DNA of 64,000 bases from the human T2T-CHM13v2.0 reference genome, Homo sapiens: assembly GCF_009914755.1 (NCBI RefSeq), contig NC_060936.1, one strand, 5' to 3'. The first letter of the stretch is position 1; the number at the start of each line of letters is the position of its first letter. Under the pieces are notes generated by a model that did not search any database, was not told the origin of the DNA, and worked only from the letters and a program-made list of their open reading frames with translations. Shown in pieces: positions 26,375 through 42,502 of this stretch. The position numbers and the translations under genes were made by a program.

Positions 26375-26430
<56 letters not shown>
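26375..26430. repeat. (TG)28 microsatellite
   Basis: Perfect TG run about 130 nt downstream of the exon 1 donor. Confidence 0.97.
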
Positions 26431-26432
<2 letters not shown>

Positions 26433-26916
26433 GGTGGGGGGTGGGGGGGAAGTTCATGTCTCAGGTCCCCTCCCTCTTGAAAATGCAAAACAGTCACTCT
26501 CACCCCATCACCCTCTCCTGCCACCCGCTGCTCCCTTCTCCCGCCCCCAAGTCCCAAACCCCGGGCAGCCGCGCTCCCCTGCCCTCTCCTCTGGGCTCCG
26601 TGAGGGCTCCCGGGTCCCGGCTTTGTGCAGAGCTGGGGTGGGTAATCCTGGGGCCAGGTCTGCCCCCTGCAGTGCCTTGACCGTCTCCTGCCGCTGCCTC
26701 AGCTTTACCCTTCAAGCTCGAGTCGGTTCCCGAGCTCTCCGTCCCCGCAGCCGCGCGGAGAGCCCCCGGCCGCGGGGGCCGAGCCGGCAGGAGGACTCGG
26801 GCACCTCCTACAGACCCTCCGGCCCAGATCTGGGCCAGAGAGAAGTCTGCAATCCTCAGATATCAGAGCCGCCTCTGGGTAGCTAAACCCGGCAGGGCAC
26901 ACGGGCCGCGGCCACC

Positions 26917-26937
26917 TTCAGCACCAGGGACAGCGTC
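26917..26937 (+). promoter_or_regulatory. RE1/NRSE (REST binding site)
   Basis: TTCAGCACCAGGGACAGCGTC matches consensus TTCAGCACCACGGACAGCGCC at 19/21 positions with canonical half-site spacing. Confidence 0.85.
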
Positions 26938-27649
26938 CGCCCCTGCAGCAGCCGAGCCTGCGCGGACTGTGGGGGCTGCGCGCCGCCGGCTGCAGTGAGA
27001 AATGGGTCTGCAGCCACCCGTCCCGCAAGGGCTTTTGAGGAGGTCGCTCTAGCTCCGCAAATTGTGTTCTCGGCCCCCGCCTTCGGCAGCCTTTTTCTCT
27101 ACTCTCCAGCTGGCCCTGAGCCGCAGAGAGCCCTGCTGGGCTTTGCGTCCCGAGACTCGAGGCTGTGATCCCTCGCCTCCCTCTGACCCCGCTGTCATTA
27201 CAACAACCGGACTATTCCGTAGGCTCTGGGCACCTGTAGTCACGAAGGGGATCAGCGTGGGCAGCCCCCTTACCTTCCTGGAGAAACGGTGCGCCGAGAT
27301 GGGGGCGGAGTGGGGCATGTGTGTGAAGATCATCCCTTACTCAGTGGCAGGAAAAAGACACAGAGAGCAAACTCCCAGGCTCTATTAATAGCTGGGTGTC
27401 TGGTGGGGCTGCCGCACATTTCACATATGGTTACCCATATGCAGCGGGGGGCGGGGATGGGGGTGTGGCGCGGGGATTGTCCCTCTGTCTTGCCGGAATG
27501 CAAAAAGGTAGAGAGACCCTTCCTGGTCTTCTTCCCTCGAGTTCTTAACTCTGCGCTAAAACCCCTACCCCACGGCGTAGGCAGCAAAGCTTTATAAATC
27601 CCCCTTCTCTGAGAGACTAGAAGCAGCATGCATCTGACAATTGTCAATT

Positions 27650-28450
27650 TCAAAACAAACACGCTCCGGGACTTGAACGCAGCGGGGCATTCAGTAGCGA
27701 ATGCTGTCTCCTTGAGTTAGGGCAAAGCCTGCGTGCCCGCCGTCCCCTCACCACTTCCTCTTCCCCAGCCCCCACCTGAGAGCAGACATTCGGAATGATG
27801 TGTAGTGCGAGGCGGCTAGCCTCCCAGCAGAAAGCCATCCTTACCATTCCCCTCACCCTCCGCCCTCTGATCGCCCACCCGCCGAAAGGGTTTCTAAAAA
27901 TAGCCCAGGGCTTCAAGGCCGCGCTTCTGTGAAGTGTGGAGCGAGCGGGCACGTAGCGGTCTCTGCCAGGTGGCTGGAGCCCTGGAAGCGAGAAGGCGCT
28001 TCCTCCCTGCATTTCCACCTCACCCCACCCCCGGCTCATTTTTCTAAGAAAAAGTTTTTGCGGTTCCCTTTGCCTCCTACCCCCGCTGCCGCGCGGGGTC
28101 TGGGTGCAGACCCCTGCCAGGTTCCGCAGTGTGCAGCGGCGGCTGCTGCGCTCTCCCAGCCTCGGCGAGGGTTAAAGGCGTCCGGAGCAGGCAGAGCGCC
28201 GCGCGCCAGTCTATTTTTACTTGCTTCCCCCGCCGCTCCGCGCTCCCCCTTCTCAGCAGTTGCACATGCCAGCTCTGCTGAAGGCATCAATGAAAACAGC
28301 AGTAGGGGCGGCCGGGCTCCTGCGAACAACAACAAAACAAACAAACAAAAAACCACGTCGCGTGCGGGGCACCAAGGCGGTGCGGGGAGGGACAGACCCA
28401 GCTGGGGCTCCTTGGAGGGGTGTGAGCCAGGTTGGCGGATCGGTTCTTAG
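27650..28450. promoter_or_regulatory. Second CpG-rich block in intron 1
   Basis: Dense CpGs (e.g. gccgcgcgggg, ccacgtcgcgtgcggggc) separated from the main island by a less CpG-rich spacer. Confidence 0.7.
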
Positions 28451-29479
28451 CAACTTCCCTGGAGAAGGGGTAGAACCCAGACTTGGTCAAACGTGCCTAG
28501 CGGAGGCATCCAGGCAGCGTGACAATCACTTGGTTTCCCTCCAGGAACTGGCTGTTTTTGGAATAAGCCAGGACTAGAGCAGCACTTCCAAAAGTGGGGT
28601 GTTGTGGACTTGCCTGCATTTATGGTAGATGAGAGCGGCAGGAGCACGCCTCCACGTGTGTCAGTGGGTGGTGGGGAGCGTGGTAGTGGTCCTAGTTCTG
28701 AATTCCACACCTCTTTGTCAAGCACCGGCTCTGTACCAGGAAAGCTAGGTACCCAAGTTCCAAACATGAGGACCACCTGGTCCCTCCTCTGGAGGGGCTC
28801 ACAGTCTCATGGACAACTATGATGGATAATCCTGTAGCCACCTTTTCCTGCTTTTTGTTGTTTATCTCATTCCATCCTCACAACAATCCTGTGAGATAAG
28901 CAAAGATTAGTATTCATTTCTTATACCCATTTTATAGTTGAGGACACCGAGGCTGAGGTCAAGCAATTGCTGAAAGTCTTCTGGTGGGTTAAGTCAGCCC
29001 TGAAACACAGACTGCCCCCACTTCTGATTCATTGCTGTTTGCCCTGCCCTTGCTATTTCTAACAAGATGCCATGTGTGAATGGGAGTAGATGAGGAGTGG
29101 GCAGAGAGGAATACTTTGGAAGGGAGAGATGCAGTGATGGAGGTGGGCAAGGATGGGAGAAAGTGTTCGTTCAAAAGCTAAAGCTACGGAGAGATACTCT
29201 AACCATTGGGCAGGAAGGGAGCAAGTGAAGAATAAAACTACTTACATTTTGACCAAAGCCTCCCTCCACAAAGCGAAGTACCCAGCTAGGGTACGAGAGC
29301 ATCAACATCACGTGCTTGCTGGACACTGTTGGCAATGGGTGGCCCTGGGGGCACTCTTCAACCGCTCTGACCTCAGTTCCCTTCTCTGTTAACTTGAGCT
29401 GATTCTCCTCATGGAATAGGGCAGGTATGGGTATAAGGAAATGCCAGGACAGCCCCTGGCACATGGCAAACACGCAATA

Positions 29480-30275
29480 GTGTTAGTTCCATGTACGCTT
29501 TCTCCTGATCACTCAGCTATGCTTCTCTTCCTCGGCTAAGGGAATCACCATTCTGCCAGCCTCTTCTCCCTCTCCCCTGTTCCCTAGGTGTCATGAGAAA
29601 CCTCCTCTGTGGCCTTCTGGAACATTTGCAAAGCCTCCAGTCCCACTCTCCTCTTCAGCCCATTGTCAGTGCCCAAGACACATCATCTCACCTCTGCCCT
29701 CACTAAGGCACTTTCCTCTGAACTGTTTGTCCTCTTCTCTAATCAAGCCTCATAATCCTACTGTACTGGATCAGCTTTCTGAAGCACAAATCTGCTCATG
29801 ATCAGGCATCTCTTTAAAAACTTAGGATGCTGTCCTATTGCCTACAGGACACTAGATAAAGCCCAGTTTCCTTAGCATGGTGTGCAAAGCCCATCAATAC
29901 CTGCATCATGCAATTCTTGGAAAAGACCTCCGACTGCATATGTGAATGCTTCTGTGCATACTCTTCCCTCTGCCTGTGCCGGTCTTTCCTCCTTCTTCTC
30001 TCTGGAAAACAATCTTTTTCAACCTGCAAGACCCAGCTCAAACGTTACCTCCTCTGGGCAGGCTTCCCAGATCTGCCATTTATCCTCTCTCCCCAGGGAG
30101 GGGCATTACCCTTTCTTATGTGTTCCTAACGCCTGTCTCTCACTTTTCCTATTGCAAGATAATTGGCTTTTTGTGTGTCTATTTATATGTCTATTAGATA
30201 ATGCACTTTTTTTTGAATTTGTGGGCCTGACACACAATAAGTAATAAATGTTAATAAATGTTGACTGAATTGATG
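29480..30275 (+). mobile_element. L2 3' fragment
   Basis: ...cctagcatgg..., ends taaatgttgactgaattga. Confidence 0.6.
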
Positions 30276-30741
30276 TATGTGATTGTGAACAAACTCTTGA
30301 GCCTAATGGGCTTTAGTCACTCATGGCTTCCTGGAAATTGGGATTCCTATCTCCCACCCCACCTGTCTGCTGTACTTAGTTGCTGTGAACCTTTGAAACT
30401 CAAAATGGGTAAATATTCTGGGAATCAAGGTGCTGAAGCCAGTCAAATCATGGGTACATTTTGGTTATTCATGTACTTATTCAATATTCAGTAATTATCG
30501 ACTCTTACTATGGAGTGCTCATCTGAATAGCAGATAAATGGATTAATCACAATGCCCAATTATGAACCATGGGGGATAATGGACCCTCCTGAGCTACTGC
30601 TTGCTTTACTGATACTTGGTGAAAGTCTGATGCATGATGCATTATTTATGGCGATGACTCCCTGATTAGGGTTTTATCACCTCAAAGGAGAGCCCCCAGG
30701 AGTTGGGAAACAGTTTTAGCAAAGAGTCACTTTGGAAACTG

Positions 30742-30787
<46 letters not shown>
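30742..30787. repeat. (AT)n-poly(T) simple repeat
   Basis: atatatatatatat followed by a run of about 33 T. Confidence 0.9.
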
Positions 30788-30788
<1 letters not shown>

Positions 30789-31799
30789 AATGTTCTGTTG
30801 ACTTGCTGGCCCAGGGAGAGGGAATAATTACAGGTTGGAAAAAATCCTACAATGTGACAATGAGATTAGGGGTTGCAGTGAGTTATGGGGATAACTGAGC
30901 TGACTTCTTGCATGGTGTATCTTGGTGGTTTTGGCTAATAGATCTTTCTCCTCAGGAAGTTACTTTCAGCTGAAGAATGTGGTCCCATTATTACAGGGGT
31001 TAGGGAATTGAGGAAGAGGAGGAACCAGGCATAGTTCTCTGAGGATGGTCTTCATCTATGTCTGTTTCTGCAGAGTGTGTACACTAACTAGTAGGCTATG
31101 GAGACAGACTTCCTGGTTTTCAATCCAGTTCTGGACCTAGTAGATGTGTTGCTACATTGAGCAAGTTGCTTAATGTCTCTGGGCCTTTTAAGATTGTTGT
31201 GAAGATGAAAAGGGTTAATTTATGCAAAGGAATTAGAACATTGCCTTATACATGGTGAGTTCTCAATAAGCGTTTATGATTATTATCCTGCTAGCTTTTA
31301 GGAGTCTTGCCAAAAAAGTGCAAACTGAAAGTATTCTCCCACTTTCTCATTTCTGTAGCTGAAATGATCCATAAAACCATAGTCCATGTGACTTTTTCCT
31401 CCCTCCGCAAACACTGATTTCAGTCCTTAAGTGAGCTCAGGAGAATTAAGAAGATACCCAATTTTTTTTTTTTTTTTTTTGCCTGGCTAATTTGGCTTTT
31501 CAGAGTCCTAAATTGGCTTTTGGCTGTCAAAGACAGTGAAACACAACACTCCTGTCTCCAATTCAGGAGTGGGTTTCATTTCCTCCTCTTTGCTAACTGC
31601 AATGTGAAGTGATTATCACATACCAGTGTGGAACATGCAAAAATCTGTAAAAACAGTCCTTACACCTTGGAGTCTACTCTGCCAGCAGGGGGAAAATGGG
31701 CAGCCTGAAAATATGTGAACAGCCAAGGTAACTGAAAGCAGCCTCTGTGTGTGAGAAGCAAGCAGGTGGTGCTGTTGTGAACTGGCTTAGTAACAAGAT

Positions 31800-32030
31800 A
31801 GAGTGAGCACAGGCAAGAAGGGACCTCTGAAAGGTCATTCTGTCCATGCCTCTGTCTCTGAGAACCACCTAACCGAAGATGCATTGTTGGCCACTTGGTC
31901 TCTTGTTAAAAAGCTTCAGAGAAGGGAATTTCCCCAAACTCCTCGAGTGTCTCAGTAGTCGGAAGTTCTCCCTGAAGTCTGAGCTCAACCTCTTCGATTG
32001 CAATCTGAGTCACCTTCGTTTATGTTATTC
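31800..32030 (-). mobile_element. CR1/L3-like 3' fragment
   Basis: aagggacctctgaaaggtcattctgtcca...ggaagttctccctgaagtctgagc. Confidence 0.45.
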
Positions 32031-33331
32031 TAAAAAGAGATGAAAACTGGCTGCTACCTTTTCATTTGGGGTTGTCTCACCATTTTTACTAGTTTTTGTT
32101 CCAATTGATTCCAATCCCTTTTTCTGATATTCTGGTATTAGACTTCTAATAGGAATAGCTAGGAGAGGAGTGTTTGAGATTTGCCTCTCCAGTATTATCC
32201 AGCCAAAATAGCCACTGGATATTTCACACATCAAATGTCTTTTCTTACTTCACTTGTTATAAGAATTCCCTCAAGCATCACAGTTTTTCCCATATTTGTA
32301 ATGAGTGGCCCATAAGTAAAGATCTCTTTTTAAAGTGTAATTTTATATTGAGCAAACAGCTTGATGTGCGTATTTTCATAAAGTCATAGAATGTTAAAGT
32401 TGGGTGGAAACTCAAATCACTTAAGTCAGGAGATAGGAACTACTTGTCCAATATCACAGAGCTCTTCCGTGTTGGGGTCAAGATCCTGTGGACTCCTGGG
32501 TCTGTGCTCTTTATACCTCCTTTAAACGTAGCATCTCATTTATTGTTTTTATTTTTTGTGCCAACTTTCTGGTATATCCTGATCTGTACTGTCTAAGACC
32601 AGTGTTTCTCTGCATAAGGTCTAGGAATTGTGCATAGTGAGAGCTCTGACCTTCTTGTAGAACTTAAAATGCTCGCTTATTACATTGCATTGTGTGCAAT
32701 GCTGTGAATTACATATATCCCCGTTGTATGGATTAATAAACTGAAGCACAGAGAGTTACTGTTATTTGCTCAAAATCCCACAGCTGGTAAGTGATGAGGC
32801 TAGAGCTCAAAGTCTGGTTTTCTAATCACCAAAATGCTTTTTCTAGTCCGCTAGGCTGCGAAGGCATGAGAAGAACCAGAGTACAAACTTAAAATGTGAA
32901 GAGAAAGGGTGGAGAAATTAACAGCAGGAATGTGGAATGGTGAATTTGGAAGAAGCCTAGGAAGAGACACCAGCCCAGCTTTCCTTTTTCCAGGACGTCT
33001 TTTCTTGCTTCCACCGCCATCTTGCCATCCTCACTTTCACAGTCTCCAGTACTGTGCCGTGTGAGTGACAGGGGCCTGACATAATTGTGGCAGGGACAGC
33101 CATCACCTCACTCTCCCTGCGCATCTAAACTATCCCTAGGCGTGGGTTCCTAGCTGGACCCAGTAGACAATGTACTTGTCTAACAAAGTATAGCTCTTCG
33201 GAAGCTTGACCCTAGGCCATCAATATTAGATCTGGACTCTCATCCAGCTACTTTATTGGGATAAAATGAATACTAAAGTCTCCAGGACAGGAACTTTGTT
33301 TCTTAAAATTTATCTTTGTAGTTTCATCACC

Positions 33332-33705
33332 TGTATTACCCTCCTAGGTCTGCTGTAATAAAGTACCACAAACTGGGTGGCTTTAAAACAACGAGATGTC
33401 TTCTTCCACAGTTCTGGAAGCCAGAAGTCTGAAATCCAGATGCCAGCAGGGTTGGTTCCTCTTGAAGTCTTCATGGAGAATCTGTTCCTTGCCTTTCTTC
33501 TGGTTTCCCGTGGTGGCCAACGATGCTCAGCCTTCCTTGGCTATAGACACATCATCTGGTCTCTGCCTTCATCTTCACAGGGCATTCTTTCCTGTGTGTG
33601 TCTATACGTCTTCTTATAAGGACAACAGTCTTGTTGGATTAGGGGCCACTCTAATCCAATATGACTTCATCTTAACTTGATAACATCTGCAAAGACCCTA
33701 TTTTT
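33332..33705 (-). mobile_element. MaLR LTR (MLT1C-like), left part, split by the L1HS
   Basis: gctgtaataaagtaccacaaactgggtggctttaaaacaac...acatctgcaaagaccctat, typical of reverse MLT1. Confidence 0.75.
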
Positions 33706-33960
33706 ATTTTTATTTATTTATTTATTTTTTTTTTCCTTTCTTTTTTTTTTTTTTATTATACTCTAAGTTTTAGGGTACATGTGCACATTGTGCAGGTTAG
33801 TTACATATGTATACATGTGCCATGCTGGTGCACTGCACCCACTAATGTGTCATCTAGCATTAGGTATATCTCCCAATGCTATCCCTCCCCCCTCCCCCCG
33901 ACCCCACCACAGTCCCCAGAGTGTGATATTCCCCTTCCTGTGTCCATGTGATCTCATTGT

Positions 33961-37812
<3,852 letters not shown>

Positions 37813-37851
37813 TCATTAGTTGATGCAGTTTCTTCCTAGTCTCGATGGTCT

Positions 37852-38868
37852 TTACATTTTGGCATGATTTTGCAGCGGCTGGTACCGGTTGTTCCTTTCC
37901 ATGTTTAGCGCTTCCTTCAGGAGCTCTTTTAGGGCAGGCCTGGTGGTGACAAAATCTCTCAGCATTTGCTTGTCTATAAAGTATTTTATTTCTCCTTCAC
38001 TTATGAAGCTTAGTTTGGCTGGATATGAAATTCTGGGTTGAAAATTCTTTTCTTTAAGAATGTTGAATATTGGCCCCCACTCTCTTCTGGCTTGTAGGGT
38101 TTCTGCCGAGAGATCCGCTGTTAGTCTGATGGGCTTTCCTTTGAGGGTAACCCGACCTTTCTCTCTGGCTGCCCTTAACATTTTTTCCTTCATTTCAACT
38201 TTGGTGAATCTGACAATTATGTGTCTTGGAGTTGCTCTTCTCGAGGAGTATCTTTGTGGCGTTCTCTGTATTTCCTGAATCTGAACGTTGGCCTGCCTTG
38301 CTAGATTGGGGAAGTTCTCCTGGATAATATCCTGCAGAGTGTTTTCCAACTTGGTTCCATTCTCCACATCACTTTCAGGTACACCAATCAGACGTAGATT
38401 TGGTCTTTTCACATAGTCCCATATTTCTTGGAGGCTTTGCTCATTTCTTTTTATTCTTTTTTCTCTAAACTTCCCTTCTCGCTTCATTTCATTCATTTCA
38501 TCTTCCATTGCTGATACCCTTTCTTCCAGTTGATCGCATCGGCTCCTGAGGCTTCTGCATTCTTCACGTAGTTCTCGAGCCTTGGTTTTCAGCTCCATCA
38601 GCTCCTTTAAGCACTTCTCTGTATTGGTTATTCTAGTTATACATTCTTCTAAATTTTTTTCAAAGTTTTCAACTTCTTTGCCTTTGGTTTGAATGTCCTC
38701 CCGTAGCTCAGAGTAATTTGATCGTCTGAAGCCTTCTTCTCTCAGCTCGTCAAAATCATTCTCCATCCAGCTTTGTTCTGTTGCTGGTGAGGAGCTGCGT
38801 TCCTTTGGAGGAGGAGAGGCGCTCTGCGTTTTAGAGTTTCCAGTTTTTCTGTTCTGTTTTTTCCCCAT
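37852..38868 (-). CDS. L1 ORF1p (338 aa, intact)
   Basis: MGKKQNRKTGNSK... with REKG, ARR and YPAKLS motifs; canonical length. Confidence 0.97.
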   Translation of the reverse strand: MGKKQNRKTGNSKTQSASPPPKERSSSPATEQSWMENDFDELREEGFRRSNYSELREDIQTKGKEVENFEKNLEECITRITNTEKCLKELMELKTKARELREECRSLRSRCDQLEERVSAMEDEMNEMKREGKFREKRIKRNEQSLQEIWDYVKRPNLRLIGVPESDVENGTKLENTLQDIIQENFPNLARQANVQIQEIQRTPQRYSSRRATPRHIIVRFTKVEMKEKMLRAAREKGRVTLKGKPIRLTADLSAETLQARREWGPIFNILKEKNFQPRISYPAKLSFISEGEIKYFIDKQMLRDFVTTRPALKELLKEALNMERNNRYQPLQNHAKM

Positions 38869-39323
38869 CTTTGTGGTTTTATCTACTTTTGGTCTTTGAT
38901 GATGGTGATGTACAGATGGGTTTTCGGTGTAGATGTCCTTTCTGGTTGTTAGTTTTCCTTCTAACAGACAGGACCCTCAGCTGCAGGTCTGTTGGAATAC
39001 CCTGCCGTGTGAGGTGTCAGTGTGCCCCTGGTGGGGGGTGCCTCCCAGTTAGGCTGCTCGGGGGTCAGGGGTCAGGGACCCACTTGAGGAGGCAGTCTGC
39101 CCGTTCTCAGATCTCCAGCTGTGTGCTGGGAGAACCACTGCTCTCTTCAAAGCTGTCAGACAGGGACACTTAAGTCTGCAGAGGTTACTGCTGTCTTTTT
39201 GTTTGTCTGTGCCCTGCCCCCAGAGGTGGAGCCTACAGAGGCAGGCAGGCCTCCTTGAGCTGTGGTGGGCTCCACCCAGTTCGAGCTTCCCGGCTGCTTT
39301 GTTTACCTAAGCAAGCCTGGGCA

Positions 39324-39539
39324 ATGGCGGGCGCCCCTCCCCCAGCCTCGTTGCCGCCTTGCAGTTTGATCTCAGACTGCTGTGCTAGCAATCAGCGAGA
39401 TTCCGTGGGCGTAGGACCCTCTGAGCCAGGTGTGGGATATAGTCTCGTGGTGCGCCGTTTCTTAAGCCGGTCTGAAAAGCGCAATATTCGGGTGGGAGTG
39501 ACCCGATTTTCCAGGTGCGTCCGTCACCCCTTTCTTTGA
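39324..39539 (+). CDS. L1 ORF0 (71 aa, antisense in the L1 5' UTR)
   Basis: MAGAPPPASLPPCSLISDCCASNQRDSVGVGPSEPGVGYSLVVRRFLSRSEKRNIRVGVTRFSRCVRHPFL*, 216 nt, with donors CAG|GTGTGG (39430) and CAG|GTGCGT (39515). Confidence 0.85.
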   Translation: MAGAPPPASLPPCSLISDCCASNQRDSVGVGPSEPGVGYSLVVRRFLSRSEKRNIRVGVTRFSRCVRHPFL

Positions 39540-39776
39540 CTCGGAAAGGGAACTCCCTGACCCCTTGCGCTTCCCAGGTGAGGCAATGCCTCGCCCTGCT
39601 TCGGCTCGCGCACGGTGCGCACACACACTGGCCTGCGCCCACTGTCTGGCACTCCCTAGTGAGATGAACCCGGTACCTCAGATGGAAATGCAGAAATCAC
39701 CCGTCTTCTGCGTTGCTCACGCTGGGAGCTGTAGACCGGAGCTGTTCCTATTCGGCCATCTTGGCTCCTCCTCCCC

Positions 39777-39870
39777 AAGACCCTATTTTTAAATGAGCTC
39801 ACTGTCACAGGTACTGGGGGTTTAGGACTTCGACACATGTTTTTGGATGACACAATTCAACCCATGATGT
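39777..39870 (-). mobile_element. MaLR LTR (MLT1C-like), right part
   Basis: ...cacaggtactgggggtttaggacttc...gacacaattcaacccat continues the left part across the TSD. Confidence 0.75.
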
Positions 39871-41650
39871 TACTCAACACGGTGCCCGCCATATAGCAAA
39901 TGGCTGATGAATGGCCTCAGAATAGTTGCAAGTCTGAGAAAGTGGTCTCTCTCCCTTATCTCTTTCCTGCTTCTCACTCAGCTGCACACTGCACCCACTG
40001 GCTTCCCAGGGTCTTTATCATGGCTTTTTCCTTGTGCAGTAGCAATCACTATAGCAAGAGCTACCATTTTAGCATACATATTATGGGTTGGGTGCTGTGT
40101 CAGTCACTTTGTAAACATTGCCTTATTTAATTTACTCAACAACATTGCAAAGCAACTCTTATTAATTCTGTTTTGCAATTAAGGAAACTGAAATTTGCAG
40201 AGTTTCATTATCCTGATCAACATTATGGAGCCAGTAAGTAGCAGAGCTGGAATGCTCTCTGCTGTTGACATGGCCTCCTTCCTCTCTTTTGTCCACACTC
40301 CCAACCCCAGGCTTGTCCTAACCTTTGCTCCACACCAGCTCCTACCCACCTGGAGATTTGGAAGATACACTTCCACGTGTGGAAACGAGCCTATAACTGA
40401 TTGGAGCTTGTGGCCCTGTAATAGGCTCCCTGGGTTAGATCCCCTCATCTTCCTAGCGGTTTTGCTTTGTAGTTGTCAGAGGAATTACTTTAGTGGTAAA
40501 CTTGGGCGCTGATCAGCAGCTTATTTGAAGGGCTCTTCTGGAGGGCAGGAAGGACAATGAATAACTAAAACATGTAGGCCCACCGACTTCTCAGCCTGTA
40601 GCAGTTCTGTGTGGGGGTTAATTGTGCAGGCTCTGGGGTTAGTGTGGGGCTGCTAGCTGGGTTCAAGCTCAGCTCTGCTGCTTCCTAGCTTGCATCGCTT
40701 ACTGCAGTTATCTGTGTGTGGGATTCATCCTCTATGATATGTATGGGTAGTGGTGCATTATCCCATAGGGTTATCATAGGGACTAAGTGAGTTATTTCAC
40801 ATAAAGCACATGTCTGGCACATGGTAAATACTCAAGAAAGATTAGCTTTATTAGTAATCTGGGCTTACCCAACAGTATATGAAAGGAGAACAGATAAGTA
40901 CAGGGCCTTGTTTGTGACAGTGTGGAATCGGCACTGGAAGAGACGGGAGCAGAACAGTTGAGGGAAGGCACCTTTGATTCAGGCAATTCATCCTCAGGTT
41001 AGCCAGGTGGAGTCAAGAAAGCAGCTGAAGACAGGGCTCTTTAGCTTCCCTGCCCAGAGGTCCACTGTGCCATGTGAAGGGCCCATTACAGGAGGAACAG
41101 GGAGCCTCGTGACCCACAGGCTGCCTACCGCACTCCAGGCTCACTCCCAGCTTTGGGATGTAGAACTCAGGTGTTTGTCCACATCTATCAAATGAAAATG
41201 AAGCCTCATGGAGTTCCTACAGGTGTGAGGGAATGGGGGCACGGAAGAGAAGTGGTCATTCTCTACGGGAGGCTCCCTCGAGATAGACACGCTGTCTCAG
41301 GCTTCTCTCAGGCTTGACACACCACTCAAGCCTTGCTCAATTCCTACATGTTGATTACTGGACTGATTGGTGACTTTCCCCTGTGCTCCTACCGAGAGAA
41401 ACTGAGGCATGGATAGGAGGTAGGAGAGAGAGATACACAGGCTGACATGACAATTTGGAGGTTTAATTATTGAGTTAAATTCCCCGTCTTCTTGGCGCTA
41501 AATCCTGCAGAATATAAGCTGTGTGAGTGGTACAGCTAAGGCCAAATTGGGCTAATGCCACTATAAGGGGAAGGGCTGTTAACAAATTCCTCAATTAGGG
41601 CCCCATTTGTCACTGTATTGTGAAATATCATCTCTTGTTAGCTAAAGTAA

Positions 41651-41966
<316 letters not shown>

Positions 41967-42262
41967 AAGTGGTGGCCTTTCAAGCCTGGGTCTCCCAGAA
42001 AATGAAAGACTATAATTCCCATAGTCACATTAAATTCAAGGACTTCCTCTCTCTCTGACAAGCAGTTATGACAGTAATTCTCTGGGGAGGCTCAGTCAAA
42101 GGATTCCACAAATGATTATAGCCCATCAGAAGTGTAGATAGGGCCCTAATTAAGGCATGTTCTCTATTAACATGCATTAGTTCAGTTTTCGCCCACAGGT
42201 ACATAGTAGAAAATTGACGACTACTCTTATTGAATGAGTAAAGAAAATAAACCTGTATATAG

Positions 42263-42502
<240 letters not shown>

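Larger units (their letters stand above)
25340..27330. promoter_or_regulatory. CpG island / PRMT8 promoter, 5' UTR and start of intron 1
   Basis: Very high GC and CpG density, GC boxes (GGGCGG), (CCG)6 at 25836-25853; surrounds the ATG. Boundaries approximate. Confidence 0.9.

Noticed and set aside
24892-26886. Long ORFs (134-257 aa) on both strands of the CpG island, including the 205-aa frame overlapping exon 1
   Set aside because: Stop-poor GC-rich DNA plus microsatellite translation (LSLSLS, CVCVCV, ERERER). Only 26168-26242 matches a real protein, and it ends at a splice donor.
27591-27598. Palindromic TTTATAAA as a TATA box between the two CpG blocks
   Set aside because: A short motif alone gives no direction or TSS evidence.
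39324-39514. In-frame ORF0-PRMT8 exon 2 fusion protein
   Set aside because: ORF0 donors are phase 1 and 2 while intron 1 is phase 0, so direct splicing to exon 2 is out of frame.
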